Positions 62,650 through 64,000 of a stretch of DNA of 64,000 nt are shown here, piece by piece (position 1 is the stretch's first letter; every line of letters begins with the position of its first letter). This DNA comes from Camelus dromedarius. Lineage: Eukaryota. Both the position numbers and the translations under genes were made by a program. The stretch is taken from positions 12,028,001-12,092,000 of the forward strand of contig NC_087461.1 of assembly GCF_036321535.1 (NCBI RefSeq). Reading direction: 5' to 3'. A model generated the notes under the pieces. That model saw only the letters and a program-made list of their open reading frames with translations. It was not told the DNA's origin and made no database searches.

Positions 62650-63400
62650 ATTTTAGAAAACAGAAAATCTTGAAGAACAGAGCATCACCCATGAACTTAC
62701 CACCCAAAGACAGCTACTCTTGACATTCATCAAATACATGGATTTAACCATGACCCTGGTGAAACCAAGGGTCAGCCCCCTATAAATGCATGATTCCCTT
62801 TCCTATGAATTTTATGTTTCTGACTTTGTATTCTTATTCTTAGAGAGGCCCCTCAAAACTGTAGTAAGCTTCAGGCCCCTCAAAACTTGGATCTATCCCT
62901 GCCATTGAGGTGATTAATTGATCTGTAAAAATCTAGTTCCTTTCTGTTTTATAATGTACTTTGCCACTTAACAAAATATGAATTGTTTTCTCATTGCCAT
63001 TTTTCTTTCAGAATCCCTGTAAATAACCCTGTAGTGTTCCGATGAATGGATTTATTACATGAATTGATTGAGTAAATGAATCCTCTAATGTTGGAATTTG
63101 CCCCACCCCATTATTCTTATAAACAACACATCTTTGTGCATAAATATGTAGAAATTCAATTACTAGTTCAAACCAGATGTATATTGGGGAGGCTTTTGAC
63201 ACATATTGACAAATAGCCCTTCAGAGAGCTTGTGTTAACTTACTTTCCCAACAGTGATATGTAAGAGGACTCATTCTGAACCCCTGTCAGCACCATGTAT
63301 TTTATTGGAAAAACCTCTGCTAATTTCACGGGTGTAAAAAGCTATCATATTATTTTAATATTTATATGTTTCTTACTAAGTTGGAAACTGTTAGTTACCC
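62650..63400 (-). mobile_element. L1ME 3' region, split by a hAT MITE
   Basis: ttttagaaaacagaaaatc…cttaccacccaaagacagctactcttgacatt…ttttgacacatattgacaaatagcccttcag…ttactttcccaacagtgatatgtaagag. Confidence 0.65.
62731..62901. mobile_element. MER53/Arthur-like hAT MITE
   Basis: ggatttaaccatga…ctttgtattctt…gaggcccctcaaaactgtagtaagcttcaggcccctcaaaacttggatctatccctg. Confidence 0.65.
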
Positions 63401-64000
63401 ATCAGAAAGGACTAAAAGAGCACTTTATATTTTAAGGTATTAGCCATTTGCCATAGCTGTATGTTAAGTATTGATTTGCATAATCTTAAATTGGATTTGG
63501 AGAAACAGGGATTTAGGTCATTTGAAATTGTCACCACCATCTGCCTGTGGAAAATGCTGTTTAGGGGAAAATTTGTAGAAGGCATTCCAGAACGCAGGCA
63601 TACATCAGATTAACTCGGCCACATTACAGGAGGAAGTGAATTCATTTCAACTAAAAGCTATTTGAGCATCTTTACTATATATTACCATCCGATGAATACA
63701 GCAAATCATAATGCAAAATTAAAAGCCATGCTTGCAATTTCACTAAAACATATTTGAGGAAAATTCCTGAATTCTTAATGGAAAAGTGCTGGAGGAGTGT
63801 TTGGGGGAGATGGCTCAGACAGAGGTAGAGCATGTGCCAAGTGAAGAGGTGGTAGGCGGGCCCCCCGAATGGATGGCACCGCATGGAAGGTGGGTGTGCT
63901 TGGTAAGTTCCCAGAGCAACAAGACGTCCATTATAACTCTGATGCCCTAGGGATGTGGCATGATTTAAGGGACTAAGGCAGGAACAGGAGGTTGAGGTCT

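Larger units (their letters stand above)
31701..64000 (+). other. KIAA1217: 5' part of the KIAA1217 intron following this exon
   Basis: Starts with gtaagc. The next coding exon (VLYLQYGDETKQ…) was not seen in the window. Confidence 0.8.

Noticed and set aside
31701-64000. Next KIAA1217 coding exon (VLYLQYGDETKQLRMPNE…)
   Set aside because: Not found by eye or in the ORF track; it presumably lies beyond the window.

Overview
Mammalian genomic DNA, most likely camelid, judged from several tRNA-derived SINEs with head GGGGAGGGTATAGCTCAGTGGTAGAGTGCATGC and a CCTAATTACC tail (vic-1-like). The window lies inside KIAA1217 (Sickle tail/SKT, mouse Etl4) on the + strand. It has one confidently identifiable coding exon: 31502-31700, 199 nt, phase 0 in and phase 1 out, encoding TRSPKLSH...KERSL. 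The rest is intron with old interspersed repeats (L1, L2, MIR, MLT1, Tigger2a, MER47, MER5A, MER53-like, an ERV1-type LTR), camelid SINEs and L1 3' ends, microsatellites and a 130-N gap. There are no prokaryotic-type systems, CRISPR arrays or real tRNA/rRNA genes. The best leads are candidate alternative first or micro exons that would splice in frame onto the KIAA1217 exon (20897/20918-20944 and 13122-13177), a CpG/double-CCAAT candidate internal promoter near 10.5-11 kb, and a homeodomain/POU motif-dense candidate enhancer near 25.4 kb. All of these are inferences that need RNA or conservation data. Repeat family names come from remembered consensus sequences, and boundaries of old repeats are approximate.
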